From positions 657,312 to 721,311 of the forward strand of contig JAIVFI010000019.1 of the NCBI GenBank assembly GCA_025558095.1: DNA of 64,000 nt. Direction: 5' to 3'. A model generated the notes under the pieces. The model was given only the letters and a program-made list of their open reading frames with translations. It searched no databases and had not been told where the DNA came from. This DNA is from Hyaloraphidium curvatum SAG 235-1 (Eukaryota > Fungi > Monoblepharomycota). How positions within the stretch are numbered: the stretch's first letter is position 1; each line of letters starts with the position of its first letter. This document shows, in pieces, positions 22,562 to 34,879 of this stretch. A program made the translations under genes and the position numbers.

Positions 22562-24081
22562 TCACCTCGTTGGGCAGATCGAGTCCAGCGTGAAGAACAC
22601 CGATCCGCGCAGGATCGACCAGAGCCCGACGAGCAGGGTAAACACCGTCACCAGGAAGGTCCTCAGCACCCCGAAATCCACCACGAATCCCAAGAACCTG
22701 CCGCGGAACCCCGACACCTCCCTGAAAGACGCCAGCAGCCTGTCGTGCTTCGCCAGCGCGTCCAGCAGGTGCGCCCTGTCGGGGTCGGGGGGGAGCGGCG
22801 CCGCGCGCACGAGCATGTCCCGGATCGCGGTCTGCGCCTGCCGGTAGAGCTCCGTGATGAGCTCGATCTGCTCGTTGGAGAGCGCCACGTGGGTGAGGTC
22901 CGTGGTGCTGACGTTGATGAGGTACACGAACGAGAGGACGACGAAGACGGGGATGCACGAGCCGGCGGCCAGGTCTGCGACCAGCGGGACGGCAAAGGCC
23001 GCGGAGGCGAAGCCCAGCATGATGCGGCCGGAAACGATGGGCACGCGGCGCTCCCAGATTTCGGCGAGGCGGTAGTGCAGCTTGGCGTAGAGTTGCGCGT
23101 CGGGGATGTCCCCGGCCGGGTGTTCGGAGAAAATGACGCGGTCAAAGGCGTCGAGCATGTCGTTCAGGGAGAGGAACATGGCGCGGCGCTGGACCCGGAG
23201 GGAGAGTCGCAGCAGCGACGCGTTGGTCGAGAACCGCCCGATGGTGTTGATGGGGATGTAGTCCAGGGCGCCGACCACCGCCAAGACGCCCGGGAGGGCC
23301 CACCAAGATGTCCAGAACGGGACGGCGCGGACCATCATGGGCGTCGCGAGGACGAACAGAATGAAGCCCGTGGGCGGCAGCGTCCGAGCCAGGGCCTCGA
23401 CAAGGCACAACAGCGGGGCACTCCGAACGAGGCGACCGGCGCAGCTTGTCAAAGGGCAGGGGCACAGCGGGTCCCCGGTCCGGTGCTCCAGGAGCCGCGA
23501 TGCGCCGCCCGTCGCCGATCCATTTTCGGCCTCACCCCTGCCCGTGACGGAGCGCGAATCGAGTTCCACGAGCTGCGACCACCGAACGAGCCCAGCCAGA
23601 GCGTGCGCACTGTAGTCCGGCTCCGGCGCGGGATCGCCACCGGGCTTGCCCCGCACGGGCGCAAACGCCTTCCACGTCCGGGTGAGGGCCGAGGGCATGA
23701 CGATTAGGAAGGAGACCGAGACGTGGAAAAGGCCCCGAACATTCCGGCGGCCAGCTGCGGGGTCGCGTAGCGCCCGTCGTTGAACGCCAGCGTCGAAAAC
23801 ACGACCACGGCGGCGGGCGCGGAATAGAGGGCGGCCCTGAGCGTGACCCTGGAGGACCAGGGAACAACTGAAAAATGGACGCGCGCCAGGAGGAGCAGGA
23901 ATGCGCTGCGGCCGCCGACTTCGCGAAGAAGCGTGCGTCGGTCCAGCAGTGAAGGCCGTTTCTGGTCCGCACCGCCGCCCCGGAAGAGCTCGGCCTCCGC
24001 GGCCGGTGCGGGTGGTGAGGGAACGATGGCGAGCCATTCTGATTCGGAAAAGTCGAGGGGGGCGCCGTGTTTGCTGGCCAT
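22562..24081 (-). CDS. Multi-pass membrane protein, candidate 7TM ion channel / gustatory-receptor-like; contains an apparent frameshift at ~23728
   Basis: About seven hydrophobic segments and C-terminal GRFLGFVVDFGVLRTFLVTVFTLLVGLW. The two reading frames join if one base is added in the T4 run at 23727-23730. Confidence 0.55.
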
Positions 24082-24356
24082 TTTGGCGACGGGGAATGTT
24101 CGACGGAAAGGGCGGGTGGCAAAGCAACGCGGATTGAGGTCCCAAGGCAGTTGCCTCGAGTATCGTCGGCGAATACTGCTGAGGACCGTGAGATTGCTAC
24201 GCGTAATGAAGACCACGGCTTGACGATTGGCCCCACGCGTCGTCGAGAACGGATGGACTGGACTACGCCCCCGGCAGATGCACTCCTCGACTTCCCCCTC
24301 ACTCCTTGCCGGTACATAGCCAGGTACTTCCAATTCGGAATTCAGCAGTCCCATAT

Positions 24357-27300
24357 CTACACCCGTCTGTAGCCCGCATCCCCTCCCCGGGCGACGCCAG
24401 TCCTCCTCGCCAGCAGGAACCCGCCCGCGGCGCCGACCACGAGCGCGATCGCCACGCTGCCCGCCGACTCGGGCACCCTCCGCGCCACCGCGGCCGCGTA
24501 CCCCCTCGCGGCGTCCATCCCCCGCCGCGCCAGCGTCGACCTCTTGGCGGGGTAGCTCCGCACCGCGGGCGGCAGCACCCCCGCGAACGGATCGTCGTCC
24601 CTGTACGGCTCCGCGTCTCCGAGGCAGTTGGCCACCGTGTCGAGCGCGTAGCCCTTGGCCTTGAGGAGGTCCACCAGCGGGCCCGCGAGCTCCACCGCGG
24701 TGCTGTAGATCGAGTCGTGCGCGAGCAGCGTTATCCCGACCCTGCGCCCGTTGGGCAGGCCGTAGTTGAGCGCGTTGATGTCCGAATCGACCGAGTTGAG
24801 CACGTCCTGGATCGGATACCGCCCCGTCGCGTTCTCCTGCACCTTGTCGTCCGTGACCAGGTCCCACATGTGCATGAGGTAGCCCATCGCGCCGACCACC
24901 AGCGCCGACTGCGGGTTCCAGTCGCCCCACGGGGGCCGGAAGTACCGCGGGCGGACGCCGGTCTCGGCGAGGAGCAGCGCCTCGAGGTCGCCCATCTCCT
25001 TGCGGATCGAGGCCTCGGAGTGGTAGGGGATGCTGATGTGGTTCCAGGTGTGCACGCCGAGCTGGTGGCCCTCGGCCACGATGCGGCGCAGGAGGGGGAG
25101 GCGGTCGGTGATGGAGCAGCGCCTGGAGAGGCAAACGGGGCCTCAGCTTGCGCCGGACGGCGACCAACAGGGCGAGGCTTCCTCACCATTTTCCCACGAC
25201 GAAAAACGTCGCGCGCACGCCCTTGGATTTCAAGGTGTCCAAGAGCTGATCCGTCCACGTGCAAGGCCCGTCGTCGAACGTCAGCGCCGCCACCCCGTCC
25301 GCGCACCCGCGGTAGACGGGGCTCGAGGCCGCCACGAACCTCCCCCGGATCGGCACTGGCGCCACCGGCCCCGCCCCGCCGTACGACAGGCAGAACGCGA
25401 ACGTGGCGTTGGCCTGCGGCGGCACGCTCCCGATCGCGGTGCCGAACGCCGGCGGGGCGACGGCGAGGAAGCGGTCGAACTGCCGCGGGGGCGCCACGAG
25501 GCCGGCGGCGGTGACCCGCTGCGGCAGCGCGGCGACGGTGTAGTTCAGCCCCCCCGTCCTGCCCTCGGCCAGCAGCTCCGTGCCCGGCGCCAGCGCGAGC
25601 CAGACCTCCCACGAGTCGGACGAAAAGCCGACGGCGTTGGCGAGGTCCCCCGCGGGCAGCTGGAAGTGCGGCATCGAGGCGGAGTAGCACGCCTTGTCGG
25701 CGGAGGAGGACGTGGGGACGACGTCGATCCCGCGGGAGCCGCGGGTGCCCACGTAGGATGCGTTGATCGGGGGAGCTGGCACCAGGCCGAAGCACTTGCC
25801 GTAGCCGACCTGGCAGTTTTCCGGCCCGCACCCTGCGGCGGACGGACGTGCCCGTTAGCGCGCGGAAAGGGGGGGAAAGGGCGCACGGCACTCACAATCC
25901 CACCCGTCGTTGCCCCCGTCGTTCTCGCAGTACCCCACGTTGCTGCAGCACACCCCGTCCGGGCACCGGGTCCCGAACGAGAAGCCGCACCGGCCGTTGG
26001 TGCTGACGGGGTACGTCGTTTTGGGGCCGCTGACGAGCACGGGGGTGCCGCGGACGGTGAGCGTGGGGGAGGTGCTGCCCGATGCTGCCGAGGTTGTGGC
26101 ACTCGAGGTCGTCCGGCTTGTGCTGCTGGTGGTTGTGGAGCTGCCCGCGGTCGTCTTGCTGCTCGCCGTCGCAGCCGTCGCGGTCGCACCGAACCCCGGG
26201 CACGCCGCAAACGCCGTCGCAACCGGCACGGCGGTGAAGCACTTGCCGTACCCGAGCTGGCACCCCGCGCCGCACCACGGGCTCCCGGAATCCCCGCCGT
26301 CGTCCTGCACGGCCGCGCGCATCAGACCCGCACGAGGCCGCCGCACGCACGCACCGACCTGGCAGTAGCCCCACTGCGAGCAGCAGTAACCATCCGGGCA
26401 CCGTTTGCCGCCGTTGTTGGCGCCGCAGGCGCCGGGGACGGTGCCGACGGGGAGGGTGGGGCAGGGTGCGTACACGGTGGTGCTCCTGGAGACGGTGAGC
26501 AGGGCGGGCTGGGTGGCGGGGGACGACGTGGTGGTTGTCTTGCTCGTCGTGGGCGGGCTGGCGGTCGTGGTGGTGCTCGCGGACGTCGGAGTGCCCGGTG
26601 AGCCCGAGGTGGTCGCCCCGGGGCAATAGTCCGAGACGACCGGCGCCGTCCCGACGAAGCACTTGCCGTACCCCTTCTGGCACCCGTCCCCGCACCAGGG
26701 ATCGCCCGAGTTGCCCCCGTCGTCCTGACACCACCCTGGCGCGCAGCTTCCATCAGCGACGCCCCCCGCGGACGTTCGCGGGCGGAAGCTACCCACCGTA
26801 GCGCGAGCAGCAGAACCCGGCCCTGCACCGCTTCCCGGCGGCCTTGCCGCACGCCGCGTCGGGGGCGATCGGGTACACCGTGCAGGCGAGGTAGACCGGC
26901 GTGCCGCTCGAGACCGTCGTGGGCACCCACGTTCCCGCGGATGCCGTGGTTGTCGTGGCCGCCGACGGGGCGCACGGGTAGACGCCCGGGTTGCCCACGT
27001 CGGCGAAGCACTTGCCGTAGCCGAGCTGGCATCCCGCGCCGCACCACGGCGCCCCCGAGTCGGACCCGTCGTCCTCGCAGTACCCGTACCTGCACGCACG
27101 GGGGCGCGTCGAGGCGTCAGAACCACGGCCGCGGGCGCGCCGGACGGGGCACGCACTGGCTGCAGCAGATCCCGTCCGTGCACCTGGTCCCCAGCGCCTC
27201 GCCGCAGCGCGAGTTGGTCGATACCGGGAGGGAGGTGCAGGGCAGGTAGACGGGGCGGCCGGAGGAGATGGTGGTGGTCTGGGGGGCGGTGGTGGTGCTC

Positions 27301-28314
27301 GTTCTGCGCGGATGACCACCGTGTCAGCGGACTGACTGTCTGCGCGGCGGTCGCAGTGACGCACGTGGTGGACGGGCCGGAGACGGTGGTCACCGTTGCC
27401 GTCGGCGCGGACGTCTGCAGGGCGCACCACGCGGTCTCGACCCCCTGCGCGGGCGCGGGGCGCGGGCTGGGCATCGCCCCGCACACGACGAGGTCGTCGA
27501 GGAGAAGGCCAGCGGCGGGGGTGATGACGTCGATGCGGTCGACCTGCAACGTGGGATGGTGGGTTAGCAAGCGCGTGTGGAGGGTCGAGGAGGGGCAGAC
27601 CTGGAGCGTGGAGAGGGCGGAGGCGTTGGTGCCGGTGGCCGCGACCAGGTCCACGGCCGTCCTGATGCCGTACGAGAGGTAGATGGATGCGGAGAACACC
27701 GGCTGGCCCCCCAAGGAGCCGTTGAACACGACGGGCACCGACAGCAGCCCCGGCTGCGAGGCAACGGGGGCCGACCTCGGCGCGACGTCCTCCGGCCTGA
27801 GCGCGGTGGCGCCCAGCGAGGAGAGGACGAACCGCGCGAGCGTCTGCGAGCCGGCGATGGAGCCCGCGTGGGAGCCGTTGGGCCCGCCGCCCGCGGGCAC
27901 GGGGTTGGAGAGTGCGGGCGCGGCGTACAGCGCGTTGGGGGGCGAGGCGGCGTAGGCGGACCACCGCGGGTCGCCCTGGAAGGCGATCAGCGAGCCCGTT
28001 GCCGACAGCACTGCGAAGCCGGAGAAGGCGAGGCCGCGGTAGGGCGATGGGAACGCCGCGTACTGCGGGCCGTCGGGGAGCGGCCCCCGCGGCACGGCGA
28101 GGTCGTCGAACGACAGCGTGTCCGCGCACGCCGCCGCGGCGCCTGCGCACGGGTCGGCGGACGCGGCGCCGGAGCGGGGCGCGTGCGGCGGCGCGGCCGG
28201 CGGGGGCACCAGCTGGCGCGGGTGCGCGGCGTGGCGCGGGAGCCCCTCGGCGCCGGCGGCCCACCAAAGGGCGGCCAGCGCGGGCAGCAGGGCGATCGCG
28301 GGTCGCAGGCGCAT
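24357..28314 (-). CDS. Multi-domain chitin/polysaccharide deacetylase (CE4, NodB) with four CBM18 (hevein) domains and a C-terminal membrane anchor
   Basis: Signal peptide; four Cys-rich CG...C....CCS..GxC...CG..CQ..YGKC repeats; ALTFDDGP, ATFFVVG, GHQLGVHTWNH, YFRPPWG, LLAHD; hydrophobic tail. Confidence 0.9.
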
Positions 28315-28942
28315 TCTGCCGGGCGCGGTCGGTGCTCACTGTGCTCGGCCGGTCGGCTGTCGTATCGGCGGAGCCTGTCGGCTGGCTGTCGTCGGCTTCT
28401 GCGGGACCCTTCGGAGTTTTCCCGCCCGCACACCCCCCCCTCGAGGGACAGGCTAGTTCGGTCGCAGGCACGCTTGTCGAGCCCGGGAGGATGCGGGGAT
28501 CGCCTGCCCGGGGAGTCGCCCGGGTGGAAACGCAGTCGAAGGAGCCGGGTGGCTCAACCGCGGCCGGCGGTCGGGCCGGCGGTCGGACCGACACCCCGGA
28601 CGGATCAGGCGGGGAGGCGGAACAGTTGCCCTGCGATGCGCACCCTCGATGCCTATTTTGACATTCCGCCCGTCGCCGGGGCCCTCGCGCCGTCGCACCG
28701 CGGCGCGGCCATTCGGGGGTCGGCCGATGCGATCCAGAACCTCCGGGGCAACGGCGCGCTCGGTCTTTCTATCGCTTCGCGTATCTGTACCTAGCGCATT
28801 CGCCGCTGATTGCGGTTCATTGAATGGGCTCCACGTCGCACACGCATTTTGTCGAAGCGGTTGAGAGGGTCGGGATGCGTGCACATGGACAGGGTCGGCT
28901 GCGTCGCCCGCTTCGCCTGGGCCATCGGCCGCGAGTGGACGA

Positions 28943-29647
28943 GTGCAGGTGCCCCCCTCCCTCCGTTTTCGAATCCGGCCCTGCCCGCCGGACCATCCCG
29001 CGAGGCATTCGGCCTCTCTGGCCCGCGGCCGGCCCAACATACGCACAGGCCGAGTGTTCCACGCGCACGGGATGGCGCCCGCCAACGTGCTCCTCCGCTC
29101 CATCTCGGAGCCCTCGTCCGCCGCGCTGGCCGACTTTGACACCTGCTCCGCGCCGCCCGGCGGGGATGGCGACGCGCTGCACCGCACCTTCTTCGGCCCC
29201 CGAGGTCCTCCGCGGGCAGGGGTATCCGGGACCCCCGTCGGCGTGTTCGCGGCCGGGTGCATCGCCTCCGAATTGGCGTGCGGGCAGACGCCGTTCGGCG
29301 ACGCGGGCGGGCTCGCGGAGCTGTACCGCCGCATAGATGCAGGGGGGTGGCGGTTCCCCGACGATGCGGCGGTGCCGGAGGCGCTGCGGGAGCTGATCGT
29401 GGGGATGCTGGATGCGGATGCCGCGAGGAGGGCGAAGGCGGGGGAGGCGCTGCGGCATCCGTTCTTCCTCGGGCCGGACCGCGTCCCCGCCGCGCCGCGC
29501 AGGCGCAGGTCGCCGTCCGGGGCGAGGGTGCACTACGACGAGGCGACGGGGGCGCTGCTGCTCGCGCAGGGGTCGCGGTGCGAGGAACGGGCGGCGGAGG
29601 GGGAGCGGTTCGGCGCGGCGCAGAGGGGGAGGCAGGTGTGGGCGTGA
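28943..29647 (+). pseudogene. Degenerate protein kinase C-lobe (pseudokinase or pseudogene)
   Basis: HGMAPANVLL (for HRDLKPxN), ADFD (for DFG), VFAAGCIASELACGQTPF, LIVGML..R..AGEALRHPFF. No recognisable N-lobe. Confidence 0.55.
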
Positions 29648-29782
29648 CACACAGCCGGGGGATGCAGGTCGTTGGGGTGGATGTACACTACTGCTTGGAA
29701 ATGCGACTGCTTTGGTCACCGTCAGCAGTGCAGCCCATTGCGGCGCCTGAACCAGGCTCACCACGCTACGCCCAGCCGCCAC

Positions 29783-30619
29783 TCAGTCCGCCCAACCCCT
29801 CCCCACGATCTTGGCCACCGTCTTGATCCCCTCGTTCGTCGGCGGCACCTCGACATCCCCCTCCTCCTCCAGCGCCTTGAGCAGCCTCGCCATCACCCGC
29901 TCCCTGTTCCTCCTCCCGCCCCCGGGCATCCCCGCGTGCTTGTCGAACACCTTGACCCACAGCGTGCCCCCCTTTGCCAGCCACGCGCGGACGCCGGCGA
30001 CGGCGGGCTCGAACTTCTTGTTGATCCCCGTGCCGACCGCCAGCTCTTTCAGGAGGGGGTCGGAGGCCAGCAGCTGGGCCATCTGCCGCTTGTTGGGGTA
30101 GACGGCCTTGGGGAAGAACACCTGCGCCGCGGGTGCCGGCGGCGTGCCGGACTTTTCCCGGCGGGGAGGGGGCGTGCCGGCCGGCAAGGGCGGCAGCTTG
30201 CCCCTGACCCGGACCAGGGGCGGCCGGGCGCGGTCGTTGACGAGCACCAGCTCGAACCGCGACCCTTTCTCCTTCGCGGCCCTCAGTGCGGAGGAGAGGG
30301 GCACGATGCCCGCGGGAGGGACGACGAGGTCCACGGCATCGGGGCCGTACTCGGGCGGGCTGCCCGACGCGACGAGTTCGGCGTGGCGCGCGGCCACGAC
30401 GGGCCCGATCCGCCCGTCGGTGGGCATTATCCGTCGCGACGCCCCAAAGGAAGAGAAGAAAGGGCGGGAAGGGGGGAGGGCAAGGGGCGGGGGTCCTGAC
30501 GGCGGTCCGGCTCTGCAGAGGGCGGATGCCGGGGCGGGCGGTGTCCGGGGGCGGCGGGACCACCGCAGGGCACAATGTCGAGTAAATAAGAAGCGGAGAA
30601 CGCGCGGGGCAGAGGCCAT
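29783..30619 (-). CDS. Mitochondrial translation initiation factor IF-3-like protein
   Basis: Arg-rich presequence; IF3-N-like GIVPLSSALRAA..ELVLVN..ARPPLVR; IF3-C-like KELAVGTGI..VRAWLAKGGTLWVKV. Confidence 0.55.
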   Translation of the reverse strand: MASAPRVLRFLFTRHCALRWSRRPRTPPAPASALCRAGPPSGPPPLALPPSRPFFSSFGASRRIMPTDGRIGPVVAARHAELVASGSPPEYGPDAVDLVVPPAGIVPLSSALRAAKEKGSRFELVLVNDRARPPLVRVRGKLPPLPAGTPPPRREKSGTPPAPAAQVFFPKAVYPNKRQMAQLLASDPLLKELAVGTGINKKFEPAVAGVRAWLAKGGTLWVKVFDKHAGMPGGGRRNRERVMARLLKALEEEGDVEVPPTNEGIKTVAKIVGRGWAD

Positions 30620-30780
30620 CGACGCGTTTCGGCGGGACGCGAGCGGGCTGTTTGTCTCCAGGATCCGCGCCTTCCGAGCCATCAAATCCAAGATCAGTTG
30701 CTCAATCGGCGACTGGATTGGAGGCGGAAGATCTCTATCGCAAAGACTACGAATGCAAACCCGCCGACACTGCATCCTGG

Positions 30781-32449
30781 TCACCCCACGATCTTGCCCG
30801 GCGCCGACTTTGTGAACCGGCTGCTCTGCCTGCGAAAGACGCTCCCCCGTGAGCCACGCGCACCGCACATCGCGCGGGACAGAGCAGACCCACCAGTCCG
30901 TACCACCGAGGAACGTGTGCGGGAACCCGAGGTCGATCGCCGAGACGGCGTCCAGCGCCTTCATGTCGTCGTCGTCCAGCACGACGTCCAGGGCCGCGAT
31001 GTTGTCCTCGAGCTGGGCGACGGTGCGCTGGCCGAGCAGGATCGTGTTGACGTTGGGCTGGCGGAGCATCCAGGCGATGCAGATCTGTGGGCCGCATCGC
31101 GTCATCGGGTCAATTTGCGTTGCGATCCCGACCACCAGCGACACCCACCTGTCCCATCTTTGCCTTGTGCTTCTTGGCGATCTCCTCCACCTTGTCCGCG
31201 ATGTTGTAGTCCTTCTCGGACATGACCGCCCCCATCCTCGTCGCGTCCGCGTCCTTCTCCCCGCCGCGCTTGTACTTGCCCGTGTACTTGCCCGCGCCGA
31301 GGACGCCCCAGGGGATCACCGACAGGCCGAGGTCGCGCGCCATGGGCATCACGTCGCGCTCCATGTCGCGGAGGCCGATGGAGTAGTGCCCTGCGGAGCG
31401 GCGCGGGTCAGCAAGCCGCTCGCACCCACAGCCGAGCACGACGGACCCTGGTAGAGCACGAACGGGCTCCAATTCTTGAGCTGCGCGATGGTGTTGCACT
31501 GCGCCACCACCCAGGCCGGCGCGTCCGAGATGGCGGGGTAGAGGATCTTGCCCTGCCGCACGAGCACGTCCATGGTCTGCATGATCTCGTCGGGCGCGCA
31601 GGCGTAGTTCCAGTCTGTGGGCGTCGGCAGGAGGGATCCGTGGTCAACGAAAGTCGGCCGCGGTCACGGTCGAAACCCACAGTGGATGTAGTAAATGTCG
31701 ATGTATGAGGTCTGCAGCCTCTTGAGGGAAGTCTCGACGGCCTGCATCAGGTTCTTCCTCGCGTTGCCCTCGTTGTTGATGTTGACCACTCCCGGCGCGT
31801 TGTCCCGGGGCCGGTACGCGCCGCTGTACTTGGTCGCGATGACCAGCTCCTCGCGGTTGCCGCGCTGCGCCATGAACTCGCCGAGCCAGGTCTCGGAGTC
31901 GCCGCATTGGTACTGGGAGGCGCAATGAGGTGAATCCAAGGGCGGAAGGGGTAAGAAAGGGCACATACGTTTACGGCGGTGTCTGTGAAGAGCAAACACA
32001 TTGGAGAGAGGTCAACGGCGTCCGACAATCGACGGTCCACTTCACGAGTCCCCACCGATGAAGTTCCCCCCGTGCTCGATGAACTTGTCAAAGATCTTCA
32101 GCGCCTCCTCCTTGCTGCACGGCCCCACGAAGTCCTCCCAGCCCTTGCCGAAGTTCATCGCCCTGTGCGCAGAAGGCGTCAGCCCCCGGACGCGGCCCCA
32201 TCGGACGAGTCCCACCCCAGGCATATCGGCGACACGCGCACGCCCGCGAGTTTGGAGAGCCGCCGGTACTCGGCGACTGTTCTCCGGCACAATGGGGCGC
32301 GATGCGGGGCGGGGAGACATTCGGTGCGTCGGGAAGGTCGCGCGCGTCAGACCAGGCCGAGGGCGCGCCGGAGCGCCGGAACACTTGCGTTTGGACGTAG
32401 GGCGGTACGGAGACCCGTAGAGGGCGCGCTGGGTGGCTTCGGTTGCCAT
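30781..32449 (-). CDS. Aldo/keto reductase, aryl-alcohol dehydrogenase (AAD)-like
   Basis: YRRLSKLAGVRVSPICLG|AMNFG, GGNFI|DTA, SETWLG, LVIATKY, SLKRLQTSYIDIYYIH, ISDAPAWVV, IPWGVLGAG, QLEDNI. About eight introns. Confidence 0.9.
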
Positions 32450-32678
32450 TGGCGCGTGGCGGGAAGGGGATGTTTGGGCGCGTTGGCGCCGACGACGCCG
32501 CCAGGCCGACGCCGCGGTGCAACTGGACGAGCTCCTGGATTATCTCAAGGCGCCCAGGAATCTCTGTCTATACTTCCCCCTTTTTCGTCCCCGAACAAAG
32601 ATGGCTACCCATTTTTCCCCCGAACCCCATGCGACTGAAGCCGCGCCCTTGCCGAACCCCTCAAAATGCCCGAGCCGC

Positions 32679-33932
32679 TCAGTACCCGTCCTCGATGGCG
32701 CCGGCGCCGCCCGTGGAGCCGGCAGCGGCGGTGGTCGTGGCGGGCAGGGCGGTGACCTTGATGATCACTGCGAGGAGGCCGGGGATGGGCGGGCAATCGG
32801 GGCGGGACGTCAGGTCGGGAGGACGGGAGTACGGAAAGAGGTCAGATCGCGCATGCATCGCCAGGGGGGAACACGTACGGGGCACACCGCTGGAGACCGA
32901 GGTGGTTGTGCCGGCGACCGAGGTCGTGTTCGTCGAGCAGGGCAGGGTGATGGTCGAGTACTCGGTCACGAGGCGGGTCGCCACGACCTGCGCGCCATGT
33001 CAAGACCGAATCAGGACACCAGATCACGATCCGACCCGGACTGAAGCCCACCTTGACGGTCACCACGCTCGTCACCACGCTGGTCTGCGTCTCGTAGCTG
33101 GTCGTGGGAACGGTGACGTAGTTGGCGGTCGGGACAGTGACGGTGGAGGTCGCGTACGAGGTGGCGGTGACGACGGCCTTCACGGTGATCACCGAGGTCC
33201 TGCGAGGGGCGGGGACGCATGAGGATGCGGGTCGGCGGTAAGGAGAGGGAGAGAAGACAAAGGGTACCTGATCGCGGTCTCGGTGCTGTCCGCGCAAGGC
33301 TGGAATCAGCAGCCATCGCCCCAGATCAGCCGGCCAACACGCACCTAGTGGCAACCGACGTCTGCGTGACGGTGGCGGTCTGGTACGAAACGGCCGTCGT
33401 CGTGCTCTGCGCATCGGAACCCTCGATCAGCGGCCATCTGAGCCCGGCGAGGCGGCGAAACCCACCACGGCGGTCGAGGTCTGCACGACCGTGGTCGGCA
33501 CGGTCACTGGAGAGAACGGGGAAGTTGATCAGTGCCTGGCCAGGGGCGAAACAGGGAGGGCGGCGCACCGTACGAGATCTGCGTCGAATAGAACGTCGTG
33601 AAGAAGGACGAGTAGACCGTGGTCTCCGGGCACTGCGAAGCAGGGAGGAGATCAGCACGATGCGGTGCGGGAACAGCAGTTGGGCAGCGCACCACAACAG
33701 CGGTGGTCGCGGCCGCACTGGTGGTGGTCCCCGCGACGCTGGTCGTGTTGGCCGCCACGCTGGTCGTGGTTCCCGCGACAGACGTCGTCGGGAGCGCCGT
33801 GGCCGTCGTGACCGCAACGCTCGACGCGCCGCCCTTGGTGATGTACTGCCGCTTGGCGACGAGAGGCGGGGCGGCCGAGGCGGCGGCGGCCAGCGCGAGG
33901 AGCGCGACGAGGAGGAGGGCGAGGCTGCGCAT
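32679..33932 (-). CDS. Secreted Thr/Ser/Val-rich (mucin-like) cell-surface protein
   Basis: Signal peptide MRSLALLLVALLALAAAASA, Kex2-like KR site, TTSVAG repeats, multiple Thr-rich exons. Confidence 0.7.
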
Positions 33933-34879
33933 CGTGACGGCGGCGGGGCGGGGAGGGCGGGCGGAGGGCACTGGGGAGGTGGAAAGAGATAGAGATGATG
34001 GTGGAGAACCGTGATGGGCTCAAATAGGGGAAGATGTGGCCAAAAGCCACTCGGTGGGGGCACCAGCCGAGGCATGTGGGCCGATGTTCCAAATAGCGAT
34101 GACTGGTTGCCGCAGACTAGCCACCAAACAACCGACAACAACAGGACTCCTCCTGCCAAGCGCCACGTTTTGTCCAAGCGGCAATGACTCTGGCCTGCTT
34201 TGCTGGCCGGTTCGCTGGGCGGGAGGTAGTCTAGGCGGGCTCCTAGCAAGGGCCCGCCGGTCAACCTCTGCACACCGTCCGCAGCTCGAAATCGGTGCGA
34301 CGACCGACCGAATCAAGAAACCCCATCTCCAGTTGCAGGGGTCCGAGATGAATCGCACCGCCGCCAAGCCACCCGGCACCGCTTCTCCGCTGCCGATCCC
34401 CTGCTGTCCGTCCACGGACCGGATCCGCACCCGCCGGAGCGTGTGCTTCCGCCGGGCCCATCCCCGCATAACTTCAGCAAGCCTGTCTTCGAAACAGCAT
34501 CCCCAATCATGCGCACCTCCGCCGTCGGCCGCAATTTGCCACCGCCGGGGAAGCGGTGGACGGTTCCCGAAAGCCCAGCCATTTCCAGCCGCCCGTCCGC
34601 ACTGGCCGTTCCTCACGATGGGCCCGAAGCGCAGCGTCCGGACCAGTCGGACTGTGTGGTCGATCGGCGAAAGAGTCTCCTGCGAAAGAACTGTGGGAGA
34701 TCATGCGGAGGGGATGCGGGGAGCCCGGCGGAACCACAGGTGGGACAGGGGGAAGCACTCGTTGGGACGCAACCCGCTTCGGATCGACGTTCCAGGGACG
34801 CAAACCTTGTTCCGTCAGAACTTCCGGGGACGCAAGGGCGCCCCGCTCCGTGAACCCCAACCACCGGACGAAACACTGT

